Shown here one piece after another: positions 34,415 to 45,200 of a DNA stretch of 49,700 nucleotides (its first letter is position 1; the number at the start of each line of letters is the position of its first letter). Below the pieces are notes generated by a model. It saw nothing but the letters and a program-made list of their open reading frames with translations, ran no database searches and was not told where the DNA came from. This stretch comes from an uncultured Gemmatimonadaceae bacterium. Its GTDB lineage: Bacteria > Gemmatimonadota > Gemmatimonadetes > Gemmatimonadales > GWC2-71-9. The DNA lies in NCBI GenBank assembly GCA_964446395.1, contig CAYUOK010000002.1, forward strand, positions 1 to 49,700. The letters run 5' to 3'. The position numbers and the translations under genes are program-made.

Positions 34415-35760
34415 CCGCGGAACGTCTCGACCAGGAGCCAGGCGTTGAGCGAGCCGATGAGGGCGGCCACGAACCAGGCCAGCACCTTCACCCACCGTGG
34501 ATTCACGAACGCCCCCATCTTGGCCTTGTCGCTCGTGAACATCACGAGCGGCACCACCGCGAACGACAGCTGCATGCTCAGGATCACCTGGCTCAGGATG
34601 AGCAGCTGGCCGGTGCCACGCTCGCCGGCGACCGCCGTCACGATGACCGCGGGGATGATGGCGATGAGCCGGGTGATGAGGCGCCGGAGCCACGCCGGCA
34701 GCCGGATGTTCAGGAATCCCTCCATCACGATCTGGCCCGCGAGCGTCCCGGTGATGGTCGAGTTCTGCCCTGAGGCCAGCAGCGCAATCGCGAACAGCAC
34801 GCTCGCCATGGTGGTGCCCAGCAGGGGAGTCAGGAGCTGGTGGGCGTCGCCGATGTCAGCCACGCCCTGGTTCCCGGTCGTGTGGAAGGTGGCCGCCGCG
34901 AGAATCAGGATGGCGGCGTTGATGAAGAAGGCGAAGAAGAGCGCAAGCGTGGAATCGATGGTGGCGTACTTGATGGCCTCCCGCTTCCCCGCGTCGGACC
35001 GCCCGAAATCCCTGGTCTGCACGATGGAGCTGTGCAGGTAGAGGTTGTGCGGCATGACGGTAGCGCCGAGGATCCCGATGGCGATGTACAGCTTCGCAGG
35101 ATCGAACACGATGTCCGGCGTGGGCACAAGGCCGCGCACCACCTCCCCGATCACCGGCTGCGCCAGCAACAACTCGATACCGAAGCAGACGCCGATCGTG
35201 GCGACGAGGGCGATCACGAACGCCTCGAGCCAGCGGAAGCCGCGGTGCTGGAGCAACAGGATCAGCAGAACGTCCACGGCGGTGATACACACGCCCCAGA
35301 GGAGCGGGATCCCGAAGAGCAGGTTCAGCGCGATGGCCGAGCCGATGACCTCGGCGAGATCGCAGGCGGCGATCGCGATTTCGCAGAGTACCCACAGCAT
35401 CAGGTTGACCGGCCGGGAGAAGTGATCGCGGCAGGCCTGGGCGAGGTCTCGCCCGGTCGCGATTCCCAGCCGGAGGGCCAGCGCCTGGAGGAGAATGGCC
35501 ATGAGGTTGGACAGCAGGATCACACTGAGCAGGGCGTAACCGAACCGCGACCCGCCGGCGAGGTCGGTGGCCCAGTTTCCGGGGTCCATGTACCCGACGG
35601 CGACGAGATACCCGGGGCCGGCGAAGGCCAGCATCTTCCGCCACCACGGCGCGCCGGCCGGGATCGACACGCTGCGAAACGACTCGGGGAGGCTGGGCGA
35701 GACGCGGGCAAGCCGCCACCCGGCCGTCATCTCCTCGATCGGGGGGCCGCTGGCGCTCAT
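34405..35760 (-). CDS. mntH: Nramp-family divalent metal (Mn2+) transporter
   Basis: '[15 protein letters not shown]' and '[12 protein letters not shown]' are Nramp hallmarks. The ATG overlaps the mntR stop (ATGA). Confidence 0.95.
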   Translation of the reverse strand: MSASGPPIEEMTAGWRLARVSPSLPESFRSVSIPAGAPWWRKMLAFAGPGYLVAVGYMDPGNWATDLAGGSRFGYALLSVILLSNLMAILLQALALRLGIATGRDLAQACRDHFSRPVNLMLWVLCEIAIAACDLAEVIGSAIALNLLFGIPLLWGVCITAVDVLLILLLQHRGFRWLEAFVIALVATIGVCFGIELLLAQPVIGEVVRGLVPTPDIVFDPAKLYIAIGILGATVMPHNLYLHSSIVQTRDFGRSDAGKREAIKYATIDSTLALFFAFFINAAILILAAATFHTTGNQGVADIGDAHQLLTPLLGTTMASVLFAIALLASGQNSTITGTLAGQIVMEGFLNIRLPAWLRRLITRLIAIIPAVIVTAVAGERGTGQLLILSQVILSMQLSFAVVPLVMFTSDKAKMGAFVNPRWVKVLAWFVAALIGSLNAWLLVETFRGWL

Positions 35761-36443
35761 CGGGCCTCCGCGCGGGCGCACAGAAGCACGCCGGCCAGCT
35801 CGGCCCCAAGCAGCTGTTCACGACCAGAAGCGCTCACCCGGATCGGCCCACCGAAGGGCTGGCGGTCCAGCACGACGACGGCCGCACCCGGCACCAGCCC
35901 GTGGTCGGCAAAGAACCTGAGCCGGTCCGCCTGTCCTGTTTCCACACGCCGCACCTCGACCCGCTCGCCGACCGGGACTTCCGACAGCGGGGTGTACACC
36001 AGTTCGACCATCGTGCCGTCGGGAGCGGGGATCGGGTCGCCGTGGGGATCCACGCTCGGATTGCCAAGCGCCGTCGCCATCCGCTCGATCAGTGCGTCCG
36101 ACACGGCATGCTCGAGCCGCTCCGCCTCTTCGTGGACCGCATCCCAGGTATAGCCGAGGAAGGCCACGAGGTACGACTCGAGGACCCGGTGGCGCCGGAC
36201 CATCCGGAGCGCGGCCCGACGTCCCCCCGGGGTCAACTCGACACCCTTGTAGGGCACGTGCTCCAGCAAACCCTGCTCGGAAAGGCGCTTGACCATCCCC
36301 GTGACGGAGGCCGGCGCGAGGTCGAGGAGGTGGGCGATCTCGGTTGTGCCTGCGGGGGCGCCCCCGAGGGAGAGATGGTAAATCGCCTTGAGATAGTCCT
36401 CGACGGACCGGGTCAGCGTTGCTGGGATCGGTGGTCGCGACAT
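35757..36443 (-). CDS. mntR: DtxR/MntR-family metal-dependent repressor with FeoA/SH3-like C-terminal domain
   Basis: '[11 protein letters not shown]', '[14 protein letters not shown]', 'HRVLESYL' and '[12 protein letters not shown]' are DtxR-family motifs. Confidence 0.9.
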   Translation of the reverse strand: MSRPPIPATLTRSVEDYLKAIYHLSLGGAPAGTTEIAHLLDLAPASVTGMVKRLSEQGLLEHVPYKGVELTPGGRRAALRMVRRHRVLESYLVAFLGYTWDAVHEEAERLEHAVSDALIERMATALGNPSVDPHGDPIPAPDGTMVELVYTPLSEVPVGERVEVRRVETGQADRLRFFADHGLVPGAAVVVLDRQPFGGPIRVSASGREQLLGAELAGVLLCARAEAR

Positions 36444-36456
36444 GAAGGCACCAGAA

Positions 36457-36475
36457 TTAGGGTTGCCTAAACCTA
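36457..36475. promoter_or_regulatory. DtxR/IdeR-type operator box
   Basis: 'TTAGGGTTGCCTAAACCTA' lies 14 nt upstream of the mntR ATG in an AT-rich patch. It resembles the 19-bp consensus TTAGGTTAGCCTAACCTAA (recollection). Confidence 0.6.
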
Positions 36476-36496
36476 TTTTACTGTGTCCCTAAAAGC

Positions 36497-36524
36497 AAAT
36501 CCCCCGAGGATCATCGGGGGATTT
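36497..36524 (-). terminator. intrinsic terminator after the NUDIX gene
   Basis: 'AAATCCCCCGA-GGATCA-TCGGGGGATTT' forms a perfect 11-bp stem. The minus strand continues 'GCTTTTAG'. Confidence 0.75.
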
Positions 36525-36552
36525 CCTTGGAATTCGGCTGGTTTGACCTGAG

Positions 36553-37140
36553 TCAGTCGGCGGCGAGCAACTCCACCAGGGGGGCGAGGATCCGCTCCGT
36601 CATCCCCCAGACCGGAATAGGGCTGACATGATAGGCGGGGAACTCCCGGACGGTTCCGCGCAGCGCAATCAAGTGAGGGCGGTAGGACTCGGGATGCACC
36701 AGCGAGACCCACTCGACCCAGAGGTGCTCCGCGACCTCGCTGTTGGGCGTGACGACCGGCCGGCGAGACAGCACGAAGAGGAACGGCCGCACCATCAGGG
36801 GTGGCAGGTGAGGGGACCGGGGCGCGACGTCGTCGAGCGGCCCGACCAGCTCCTCGCGCCGCAGCGAGATGCCGACCTCTTCGCGTGTTTCGCGAATCGC
36901 GGTCTCAAGCAGGTCTGCGTCTTCCGGACTGCTCCGCCCCCCGGGGAGTCCCATCTGCCCGGACCAGGGGTCCCCCGGACGCTCGGCGCGCCTGATGAGC
37001 AGGAGGGCATCGGGATCCGGCACGACCACCAGCGCCACCGCCGCCCGCGCGAGGAGCGGGTCCTCGACCGTGGTCGGCGCCCGGCCGGCGAGCCGGCTGA
37101 CCAGCCGTGCCTGGAATGAGGTCAACCGGGGTCGGGCCAT
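36553..37140 (-). CDS. NUDIX hydrolase (CoA pyrophosphatase-like)
   Basis: The Nudix box is 'GLPGGRSSPEDADLLETAIRETREEVGI'. Confidence 0.85.
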   Translation of the reverse strand: MARPRLTSFQARLVSRLAGRAPTTVEDPLLARAAVALVVVPDPDALLLIRRAERPGDPWSGQMGLPGGRSSPEDADLLETAIRETREEVGISLRREELVGPLDDVAPRSPHLPPLMVRPFLFVLSRRPVVTPNSEVAEHLWVEWVSLVHPESYRPHLIALRGTVREFPAYHVSPIPVWGMTERILAPLVELLAAD

Positions 37141-37151
37141 CGCCTACCTGG

Positions 37152-37643
37152 TCATGGTGCGGTGTTCAACTGCGGCGACGAATCGGGATTGCCCCCGTCG
37201 AAGACGACCTTCCAGCTCCCGTCGGCCTGCTTCCGCCAGATCGTGACGTACTTGCCCGTCGTGACCTGGCCCTTCCCCGCCTCGTTGTAGTGCGTGCTCT
37301 GCCAGGTTCCCAGGGTGTAGCCGAGGTCGCCGGCGGCGCTCGCGAACGCCATCGTCGGCTGCCATGTCAGGCGGAAGGTGGAATCGGCGAAGGCGGGGGC
37401 CATGGCCGCGCGGATGGCTGGGATTCCGGGCGTGAACGGCACGTCGGGTTCCATCTGGATCCCGGTGCTGTCGTACGCGGCGAGCCAGCCCTCGAGTCCC
37501 TTCTCCGCAGTGGCTGCGGCGAAGGCCTGGTCCGCCGCCATGAGCGATGCCCGGACGGCCTCGGGATCAGGGGGTGGTGGCGGCTCGGCCGGCGAGCAGG
37601 CGGCCAACGCGAGCGCGGCAAGAGAGTATCGCAGGATTCGCAT
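37152..37643 (-). CDS. DUF4440/SnoaL-like lipoprotein
   Basis: The lipobox is 'LALAACS'. 'GKYVTIWRKQADGSWKVVFD' is typical of DUF4440. Confidence 0.75.
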   Translation of the reverse strand: MRILRYSLAALALAACSPAEPPPPPDPEAVRASLMAADQAFAAATAEKGLEGWLAAYDSTGIQMEPDVPFTPGIPAIRAAMAPAFADSTFRLTWQPTMAFASAAGDLGYTLGTWQSTHYNEAGKGQVTTGKYVTIWRKQADGSWKVVFDGGNPDSSPQLNTAP

Positions 37644-37716
37644 GGGGCCTCTTGGTCGAAATCGGATGGTCGGGGACGAATTCGGTACGTGCCGGCACTG
37701 CTCGCGGATTCACGCC

Positions 37717-38553
37717 CTAGCGAAGATGGCGCCCGAACCATCCGACGGAGGCGTCGGTCACCGCCTCGAATGCCGGCGTGGGACCCTGCCACGGATGGAC
37801 GGCCTCGAAGGTGTGGCCGGCACCCGGCACCACCATGAGCTCCGCGCTGCCTCCGCCGGCGGCGTGCAGTACCCTGGCTTCGGCGACGGGGACGGTGACG
37901 TCGGACTCGCCGTGGATGATGAGCCAGGGCACTTCGAGGCGGCCCGCCGCGGCGCGAATGTCGAGCAGCGTCGAGCCGTGTCGGACGACGTCGTCGAGCA
38001 CGTCGGTCAGGAGCGTCAGCACCTGGCCGGTGCGGGAATTCAGGATGTCGAGCTGGCCCCGCGCACGCCACGCCACGACCTCCTCCGGCGAGTGGCGGTG
38101 CACATTGCTGATGGCCGCCCAGGTCACCAGCGCCCGGATGCGCGGTTCCGCCGCGGCGGCCAGCACACCCAGCCCCCCGCCGCGGGAATGTCCCAGGAAC
38201 CCGATCGAGGTGGGCGGCTGGAACTGAAGCGCGCCGCTCGCTACCGCATCCACGACGCGCCCGATGTCGCCGAGGTCCCCGCTGAAGGTGGCTCGCGCGA
38301 ATCGCTCCGGAAAGGCGAAATCTCCCGCATCATCGACGCCGCTGCCGCTGAGGTTGAAGCTGACGGCGGTGAAGCCCGCCCTGGCCAGGCGCTCCGCCAA
38401 TGGAGGAAACATCCCCCAATCCTTGAATCCCTTGAACCCGTGCAGGACCAGCACGGCGGGCCGGGGCCGAGCACGGTCTCCGGTGCGGACATCCACGAGG
38501 ATGTCCCCCAGGTAGCCCGGCAGGCGGTGCCGCGAGAGGCTTGGCGTCGCCAC
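37717..38553 (-). CDS. alpha/beta hydrolase
   Basis: GTG start. 'VLVLHGFKGFKDW', the nucleophile elbow 'GHSRGGG' and 'IIHGESD' are present. Confidence 0.8.
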   Translation of the reverse strand: MATPSLSRHRLPGYLGDILVDVRTGDRARPRPAVLVLHGFKGFKDWGMFPPLAERLARAGFTAVSFNLSGSGVDDAGDFAFPERFARATFSGDLGDIGRVVDAVASGALQFQPPTSIGFLGHSRGGGLGVLAAAAEPRIRALVTWAAISNVHRHSPEEVVAWRARGQLDILNSRTGQVLTLLTDVLDDVVRHGSTLLDIRAAAGRLEVPWLIIHGESDVTVPVAEARVLHAAGGGSAELMVVPGAGHTFEAVHPWQGPTPAFEAVTDASVGWFGRHLR

Positions 38554-38556
38554 CGG

Positions 38557-39519
38557 CTACCGCACCGCCCCGTCGAGGATTTCGAGCTCGCCAGCGGTGG
38601 CATCGAGGCGGGCGTTGACGCCGAGCGGAAGTGTCCACTGGTCGTCCACGTGGCCGGTCGGGAAGCCGTAGGCCACGGGGACCTTGAGCGGGGCCAGGTA
38701 GGTGGCGAGCACCTCGTCGAACCCGAGCGCACCATCGTCGGTGCCGCGCTTCAGTTCGGTGAACTGTCCGACGATGACACCGGCCACCTTCTGCAGCGCC
38801 CCGACGGACCGCAGCTGCGCCAGCATCCGGTCCACCGAGTAGAGGTCCTCGCCGACATCCTCGATGAAGAGCAGGGTCCCGCTCAGGTCAGGGAAGTACC
38901 TGGTGCCGATGAGACACTGCAGGAGCGTCAGGTTCCCGCCAACCAGCGGCCCGGTGGCCTGCCCCGGCACCAGCGTGACGATCCGGCCGCTCGTCGGCAC
39001 CAGCACGTCGGCTGGCGGGGCCACGCGGCCGAGCCGGCCGGCGGGGTTGACGGTGGTGAGGACCCGGTCGAAGTGCCAGCGGCTGAACGGGGTGAGCGGC
39101 GCGCGCGCCATCGGGGCATGGAAGGTCACGAGCCCCGCCGCGACCTGCGCGGCGTTGAGCAGCGCGGTGATGTCGGAGAAGCCGATGATGGCCTTGGGGC
39201 GCTTCCGGAGCGGCGCGAAGTCGACCTGGTCGAGGATGCGCGTCATGCCGTAGCCCCCGCGGAGGCACCAGACGGCGTCGATGCGCGGATCGGCGATGGC
39301 GGCGTTCAGGTCGCTGAGCCGCTGCTCGTCAGTGCCGGCCAGGTATCCGTAGTGGCGGTAGGCGTTGGGGCCGAGCACGGGCTCGAAACCGAGCGCCCGG
39401 CAGAGTTCCTCCCCGCGGAGGAGGTCGTCGTGTTCGAGCAACGGCCCCGCGGGGGCGAGGAGGGCTACGCGGCTTCCCGCGCCGAGGACAGGCGGCCGGA
39501 CGAAATTCTTTGACCCCAT
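38557..39519 (-). CDS. ldcA: LD-carboxypeptidase (peptidase S66)
   Basis: 'IDAVWCLRGGYG' and 'IIGFSDITALL' (Ser nucleophile) are present, along with a C-terminal His/Glu region. I chose the internal ATG 'MGSKNF'. Confidence 0.85.
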   Translation of the reverse strand: MGSKNFVRPPVLGAGSRVALLAPAGPLLEHDDLLRGEELCRALGFEPVLGPNAYRHYGYLAGTDEQRLSDLNAAIADPRIDAVWCLRGGYGMTRILDQVDFAPLRKRPKAIIGFSDITALLNAAQVAAGLVTFHAPMARAPLTPFSRWHFDRVLTTVNPAGRLGRVAPPADVLVPTSGRIVTLVPGQATGPLVGGNLTLLQCLIGTRYFPDLSGTLLFIEDVGEDLYSVDRMLAQLRSVGALQKVAGVIVGQFTELKRGTDDGALGFDEVLATYLAPLKVPVAYGFPTGHVDDQWTLPLGVNARLDATAGELEILDGAVR

Positions 39520-39605
39520 TCGGACTCCCGTACTAGATTGAAGGCGACACTTCCAGGAGAAACGCACTGCGCGCTTCCCATCCGGCTCTCCAGGCCGCCA
39601 GCCGC

Positions 39606-40124
39606 GTGATCTTCGACCTGCGCGACGAGATGGTCACCCAATGGGCTGACTGGCTGGGCGACCGCATGCAGACCTCCTCCACAATACCCCGCCCAATCAT
39701 CGAGCGGGAGTTGCGGCTGATCGTCGAACTGCTCGGCGAGATGGTCGGGCCCGTCCGGCGTGAGACCAAGCCGGTCTGGTACCACGCCTGCGAGCATTAC
39801 GGCCGGCTCGCCGCGACGCGAGGCCTGGCGGCCGGCGAGGTCGTGGACGAAATGCAGTTCCTGCGCGAGCTCCTGATCCGAAACCTCGCCCCGATCCTGG
39901 CCGCGATGCGGCCCCGGCGGGCCATGGCGATCATGCTGGAACTGAATCGGGTCCTCGACAAGGGGATCGGCGTGGCGGTTGTGGGGTACACGGACGCACT
40001 GGTGGCCACCATCTTCGCCCAGAACGGGGTGCCCAGCCCGGGCACCGCGGTGGACGCGGAGGAAGTCGGCCGTCAGCTCGAGCAGCTCGAAGGCGAGCTC
40101 GCGGCCGTCACCCGAAACCGGTAG
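39606..40124 (+). CDS. hypothetical protein
   Basis: The composition is normal and helical-looking, with no motif I recognise. The start is uncertain (GTG at 39606 or ATG at 39630). The GT2 gene follows 5 nt downstream. Confidence 0.5.
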   Translation: MIFDLRDEMVTQWADWLGDRMQTSSTIPRPIIERELRLIVELLGEMVGPVRRETKPVWYHACEHYGRLAATRGLAAGEVVDEMQFLRELLIRNLAPILAAMRPRRAMAIMLELNRVLDKGIGVAVVGYTDALVATIFAQNGVPSPGTAVDAEEVGRQLEQLEGELAAVTRNR

Positions 40125-40129
40125 GTCCC

Positions 40130-41275
40130 GTGGTCTCCGTGCCTCCGTACCTGGCTGCCCTGCCCTGGGCAGTGCCCTTCCTCGCCTTCATCCGCCTCGC
40201 CCGCCATCGCCCCGACCTGGCGCGCGCCCCGCTCGCCGGCGGCCGGCTGGTTTCGGTCATCGTCCCCGCGCGAAACGAGGAGGACAATCTCCCCACCCTG
40301 CTTGATTCGCTGCTGCGGACACGATACGACAAGGTGGAGATCCTCGTCGTGGACGACCGCTCGACCGACGGGACCGCCGCCGTCGCGCGAGGCTACGCCG
40401 ACCGGGATCCGCGGGTTCGGCTCATCGAGGGAACCCAGCTGCCGGCCGGGTGGTTCGGGAAGCCGTGGGCCTGCGTCCAGGGCTACCGCGAGGCGCGGGG
40501 TGACCTCCTCCTCTTCACCGACGCCGACACCCGGCACTCTCCCGAGCTGCTTGGCCACGCGGTCGGGGCGCTCGAATCGGAGCGCAGGGACCTCGTGACC
40601 GTCATCGGCCGGATGATCTGCGGCTCGTTCTGGGAGCGCGTCATCATGCCGATCATCGGCGCGCTGCTCGCCATCCGGTTCCATCCCACCGTGGTCAACC
40701 GGGCGCGGCGGGCGAGCGAAGCCATCGCGAACGGGCAGTTCATCCTGGTGACGCGCGAGAGCTACGAGGCGGTGGGGACGCATGCGGCGGTGAAGCACGA
40801 GGTGGCCGAGGACCTGGCGATGGCGCAGCTGTATTTTCGCGCCGGCCGGCCGCAGCTGTTCGCCTTCGGGCTCCGGCTGCTGGGGACCCGGATGTACACG
40901 AGCCTGGCAGGGTTGGTGGAGGGGTGGTCGAAGAACGTCTATGTCGGCGGGCGCCGGTCGTACCCGGATGAGCCGGTGCTCCGCGCGCTCATTCCGGTGA
41001 TGTTCGCGTGCGGCGCGCTCTTCTGGCTGCTCCCGCCAGCGGCTCTCCTGCTGGCGCTCGCGGGCGCGACGCCGGCGCTGCTGGAGCCGGCGGCCTGGGC
41101 CACCGGCCTGAGCGTGTTCTTCTGGATCCTGTTCAACGCGGGCTTCGGGATCAATCCGCTGTACGGGTTCAGCTATCCGCTCGGCGTCGTCATGACCGGC
41201 TGGATCTTCGCCCGCTCGACCCGCCGCGGGGAGCAGCGGATCGAATGGCGGGGCCGCACCTACACGTCGGGGTGA
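40130..41275 (+). CDS. membrane-bound family 2 glycosyltransferase
   Basis: 'VSVIVPARNEE', 'VVDDRSTDGT' and 'TDADT' (DxD) are present. TM helices lie at both ends. Confidence 0.85.
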   Translation: MVSVPPYLAALPWAVPFLAFIRLARHRPDLARAPLAGGRLVSVIVPARNEEDNLPTLLDSLLRTRYDKVEILVVDDRSTDGTAAVARGYADRDPRVRLIEGTQLPAGWFGKPWACVQGYREARGDLLLFTDADTRHSPELLGHAVGALESERRDLVTVIGRMICGSFWERVIMPIIGALLAIRFHPTVVNRARRASEAIANGQFILVTRESYEAVGTHAAVKHEVAEDLAMAQLYFRAGRPQLFAFGLRLLGTRMYTSLAGLVEGWSKNVYVGGRRSYPDEPVLRALIPVMFACGALFWLLPPAALLLALAGATPALLEPAAWATGLSVFFWILFNAGFGINPLYGFSYPLGVVMTGWIFARSTRRGEQRIEWRGRTYTSG

Positions 41276-41339
41276 GAGCCCGGTTGCGCCCGGCGCCCGC
41301 CCGGCGAATCTTTACCCGACACCACCACTCGGAGATGGC

Positions 41340-41591
41340 ATGCGCCTGACGATCACCGAAGAGATGCTGACCGCGCTGGAGCGGGCCTCGGACAAGCCGG
41401 ACTGGCTCATCGCGCAGGTGGAGCGCATGCGTGCCGGCGGCTCCCCGTACGTCCTGCCCCTCGGCCCCGAGCAGAGCACCGCGCTGGAGGAACTCTGCGC
41501 GATGAACATCCGATTCACGCCCGACGGCAAGGTCAAGCCCGAGCATGCCGCGCTGGACGCCCTGTCCACGCTGGTGCTGGAGAACTACTAG
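41340..41591 (+). CDS. small hypothetical protein (83 aa)
   Basis: GGAGA lies 6 nt upstream of the ATG. The composition is balanced, unlike GC artefacts. The stop overlaps the convergent RidA stop in CTAG. Confidence 0.5.
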   Translation: MRLTITEEMLTALERASDKPDWLIAQVERMRAGGSPYVLPLGPEQSTALEELCAMNIRFTPDGKVKPEHAALDALSTLVLENY

Positions 41592-42070
41592 GGTACCACC
41601 GCCACGCACTCCACCTCGACCCGCGCCTTGAACGCCAGCCCGCTGCTCCCCAGCGCGCTCCGGGCCGGGTACGGCGCCGTGAAGAACTCGCGGTAGACCA
41701 CGTTGAACGCCCCCCACTCCCCCATGTCGGCCAGGAACACCGTGCACTTCACGACGTCCTTGAGCGCCGCGCCGTGGCGTTCGAGGATGGCGCGGATGTT
41801 CTGCAGCGTCTGCCGCGACTCCGGCCCGATGCCACCCGGGGCGAGCGTCGAGGTGCCGGGCAGCACCCCGATCTGACCGGACAGGAAGAGCAGGTTCCCG
41901 ACCTGCACGGCTTCCGAGAACGGCAGCGTCTTCATCAGGGAATCGCTCGAGACGAAGAACTGGGGCTTCACCGCCGGTGCCTGCGACGATTGGCTGGCAC
42001 AGCCGATGAGCGGTGCGGAGCACAGCGCCACGACGGCGGCGTACCCCAGTGACCTGCGATGAATGCGCAT
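41588..42070 (-). CDS. RidA/YjgF-family protein with lipoprotein-type signal
   Basis: 'LFLSGQIG', 'NIRAILE', 'VKCTVFL' and 'YPARSAL...VEVECVA' fit RidA. The lipobox is 'LIGCA'. Confidence 0.85.
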   Translation of the reverse strand: MRIHRRSLGYAAVVALCSAPLIGCASQSSQAPAVKPQFFVSSDSLMKTLPFSEAVQVGNLLFLSGQIGVLPGTSTLAPGGIGPESRQTLQNIRAILERHGAALKDVVKCTVFLADMGEWGAFNVVYREFFTAPYPARSALGSSGLAFKARVEVECVAVVP

Positions 42071-42226
42071 ATCGGGAGCTCCTTTGATGCCTGAATAGAC
42101 ACCGCGAGGGTACGCTCCGCCAGCCTCCTCCACGACGTCGATGAATCGCCCCGCGTTGCGCTCCCGGGATACCGCCGCCCGAAACCCCAACCACCATCCT
42201 GAGGGCCACTCACACGGGACGCGAAC

Positions 42227-45200
42227 GTGCTGCCTGCACACGCCCTCCAGTCGATCCTCGCCATCCACGACCTCCCACAGCTCGTCGCCGCGTTCGGCCA
42301 TGAGCCACTCTGGGAGCCGCTCGAGGCCGGATTGCTGGACTTCGGCAGGCGGTCCGATCCCCCGGAAGACGCGGCCATCGTCGGCCGGCTCGCCGGATTC
42401 ACCTGGTACGCCGTCGCCTCGCGCGAGCCGGCCCGGAGCGCGCCCAGACTGGCCCGCCGCCTCGCCGAGCGGGGACGCGTATGCGGCGTGTTCGGGCTGG
42501 ACGCGGGCACGAGGCAGCTCGTGGTGTCCGTGGCGTTCGACGGCACGCCGACGCTCGCCGTGGACCTCGACCGCCCGAGCCCGCTGGCAGTCAGCTGCCT
42601 CGCCCGCATCGGCAGGACGGAATCCGGTGGCTCACTCGGCATCGCCTCGCGAACCGCCGAGGCGCTGTCCGGCGCCGGCCTGGGACGCCAGTTCTTCTCG
42701 GCCTTTCGCGCCACCCTCGACCGTTTCATCTGCGCCCTGCCCGACGGCATCCCTGCACGCCACCGGCACGAGCTCGCCCTGCTGCAGCTCACCCGAATGC
42801 TGTTCCTGTATTTCGTCCAGGCCAAGGGGTGGCTCGACGGGACCGAGCATTTTCTCCGCCGGCACGTCGACGACTGCCTGTTTCATCGACGGCCGATCCA
42901 CCGGCACCTCCTCCTGCCGCTCTTCTTCGGCACGCTCAACCAGCCGGTCTCCCGCCGGCGGGGCCTTGCCCGGGCGTTCGGCAGGGTCCCGTTCCTGAAC
43001 GGCGGATTGTTCGAGGCCCACCACCTCGAGCGACTTCACCGCCCCGACATTTCGGACGCGACGTGGCGAGACGCGTTCGACACGCTGTTCGAGCGATATC
43101 ACTTCACGGCCTCGGAAGCCGCCCCGGGAAGCATCGCGCCGGACATGCTGGGCCGGGTGTTCGAGGGCGTGATGGAGCCGGGCGTACGGAAGCAGAGCGG
43201 CACTTACTACACGCCGAAGGCGCTGGTGCGATCGGTCCTCGATGCCGGGCTCGCCGGATTCGTCGGCGGCCGGCTCGGCGTCTCCGACGCGGATGCGCTC
43301 CGCCGCCTCTCGGCGGGTGACGAGCGGGCCGTCGGGCTGCTGGACGACATCACCATCCTCGACCCCGCGGCAGGTTCCGGCGCCTTCCTGCTGGGAGCGC
43401 TCGAGCGCCTGACCGCGTTCCGGATGGCCGCGGGGAGGGACGCGGCCCCCCGGGCGATCGTGGCCCGAAACCTCTACGGCGTTGACCTGAATCCGGCGGC
43501 CGTCCGGCTCTGCGAGCTGCGGCTCTGGCTGGCGGTCATCAGCGCGGAGGCAGACGGCTCGCCGGACCGCGTCGAGCCCCTGCCCAACCTGGATGCGTTC
43601 GTGCGTCAGGGAGACAGCCTGGCCGATCCGATGCGCCTGATGCTGCAACACCCGCTGAGGTCGCCTCGGCACGCAGCCGCCCTGGCGGCGGCACGCCGTG
43701 CCGCCGTGGAGGCGAGCGGTCGCGCCAAGCGTGAGGCTCTCCGGCTCCTCCGTCAGGTGGAGATGGACGCCGCGTACGAGCGGTTCGAAGCCGCCATCAG
43801 CGAACGCGAGGCCCAGGTCAGGGAGATCCTCGCATCAGGGCGTGACTCCACCCTGTTCGGGGACCGACGCAACCTCGACCCGCGGGCAGCCAGGGCGCTG
43901 CGCGCCGCGCGGACGGGGTTGAAGGAGCTCAGGCGCCTTCGCCGGGCGCTTCGAGAGGAGGGCGCGGCTCCATCGTTCGATTTCGACACTCAATTCGGCG
44001 ACGTCACGGCCGCTGGGGGATTCGACGTGGTGGTCGGGAATCCGCCCTGGGTCCGCGCGGAATCGCTGCCGGGATCCGCACGAGCGCAGTTCAAGGAGCG
44101 CTTTCGCTGGTGGCGCACCGGGAGCGGCCGGGGCTACGGGCACCAACCCGACCTCGCCGTGGCGTTCCTGGAGCGGGCGTGGGAACTCACCCGGCCCGGC
44201 GGCGTCATGGCCATGCTGGTGCCGGCAAAGGTGGCGACAGCGGCCTACGGCGCCGCCGCACGGACCGCACTGAGCGAGGGCGGGACCGTGCTCGCCGTCG
44301 CCGACCTCACCCACATGCCGGACGCCTCATTCGATGCGACCACCTACCCCCTCGCCATCGTGGTCCGGTCGGATCGACCGTCAACCGACCATCGCCCCCG
44401 GCTCGGCCTGGACCCGGGGTCCGGAGCCGCCCTGCGAGAAATCGCGGCGGGTGGGGCACCATGGATCCTGGTGCCGAATACGCTCCAGGGCGCCCTGGCG
44501 CGCCTGCGGAGGCATCCACCGTTGTCAGAGTCGACCCGCATCCAGTTGGGCGTGAAGACCGGAGCGAACCACCTCTTCCTGGCACCAACGGCGGAGATCG
44601 AGAGAGAGCTCCTTCGACCCGCGGTCCACGGGAAGGATCTCCGCCCGTTTCTCGCCACACCCTCCGGTCAAATCGTCTGGACGCACGACGCCCACGGCTC
44701 GGTGCGCCTGTCGCTCCCACCCCAGGCCTCTCGCCACTTCAAGCGCCACGCCGACGCCCTTCGTGGGAGGTCCGACGATGGGGGAGCTGTTCCGTGGTCT
44801 CTCTTCCGGGCCGCCGCCGGACGCCGCGTACCGCGCGTGATCTGGGCGGATCTCGCCCGGCGACTCGAGGCGGCGTGCCTGGTCGAGCCGCCGGCCCTCG
44901 AGTGGGTTCCCATGAACAGTTGCTACGTCGTGCTGGCGGACTCGACGGCGGGGGCCCTGGCGCTCTGTGCCTGGCTCAACTCGACATGGATACGCGCGGC
45001 CGCGCGCGCGACGGCCGACCCCGCCAGCGGGGGCTTCGCCCGCTTCAACGCCCGCGCCGTCGGCTCCGTCCCCCTGCCCCCTTCCGCGCTCGGGGATGAG
45101 CGGCTGTCCGCGCTGGCACGTCTTGGAGGTTGTGGAGATGACGTACAGGTCGAGCTCGACAAACTGGTCGGGGATTGGCTCCACCTTCGACCGGGCGATC

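Noticed and set aside
34405-36552. A manganese (yybP-ykoY) riboswitch was considered as a controller of mntH.
   Set aside because: mntH has no 5' leader because its ATG overlaps the mntR stop. The region upstream of mntR instead carries a DtxR-type palindrome.
37378-39513. A 711-aa plus-strand ORF covers the hydrolase and ldcA genes.
   Set aside because: It is antisense to two genes with clear catalytic motifs ('GHSRGGG', 'GFSDITAL'). Its composition is artefact-like.
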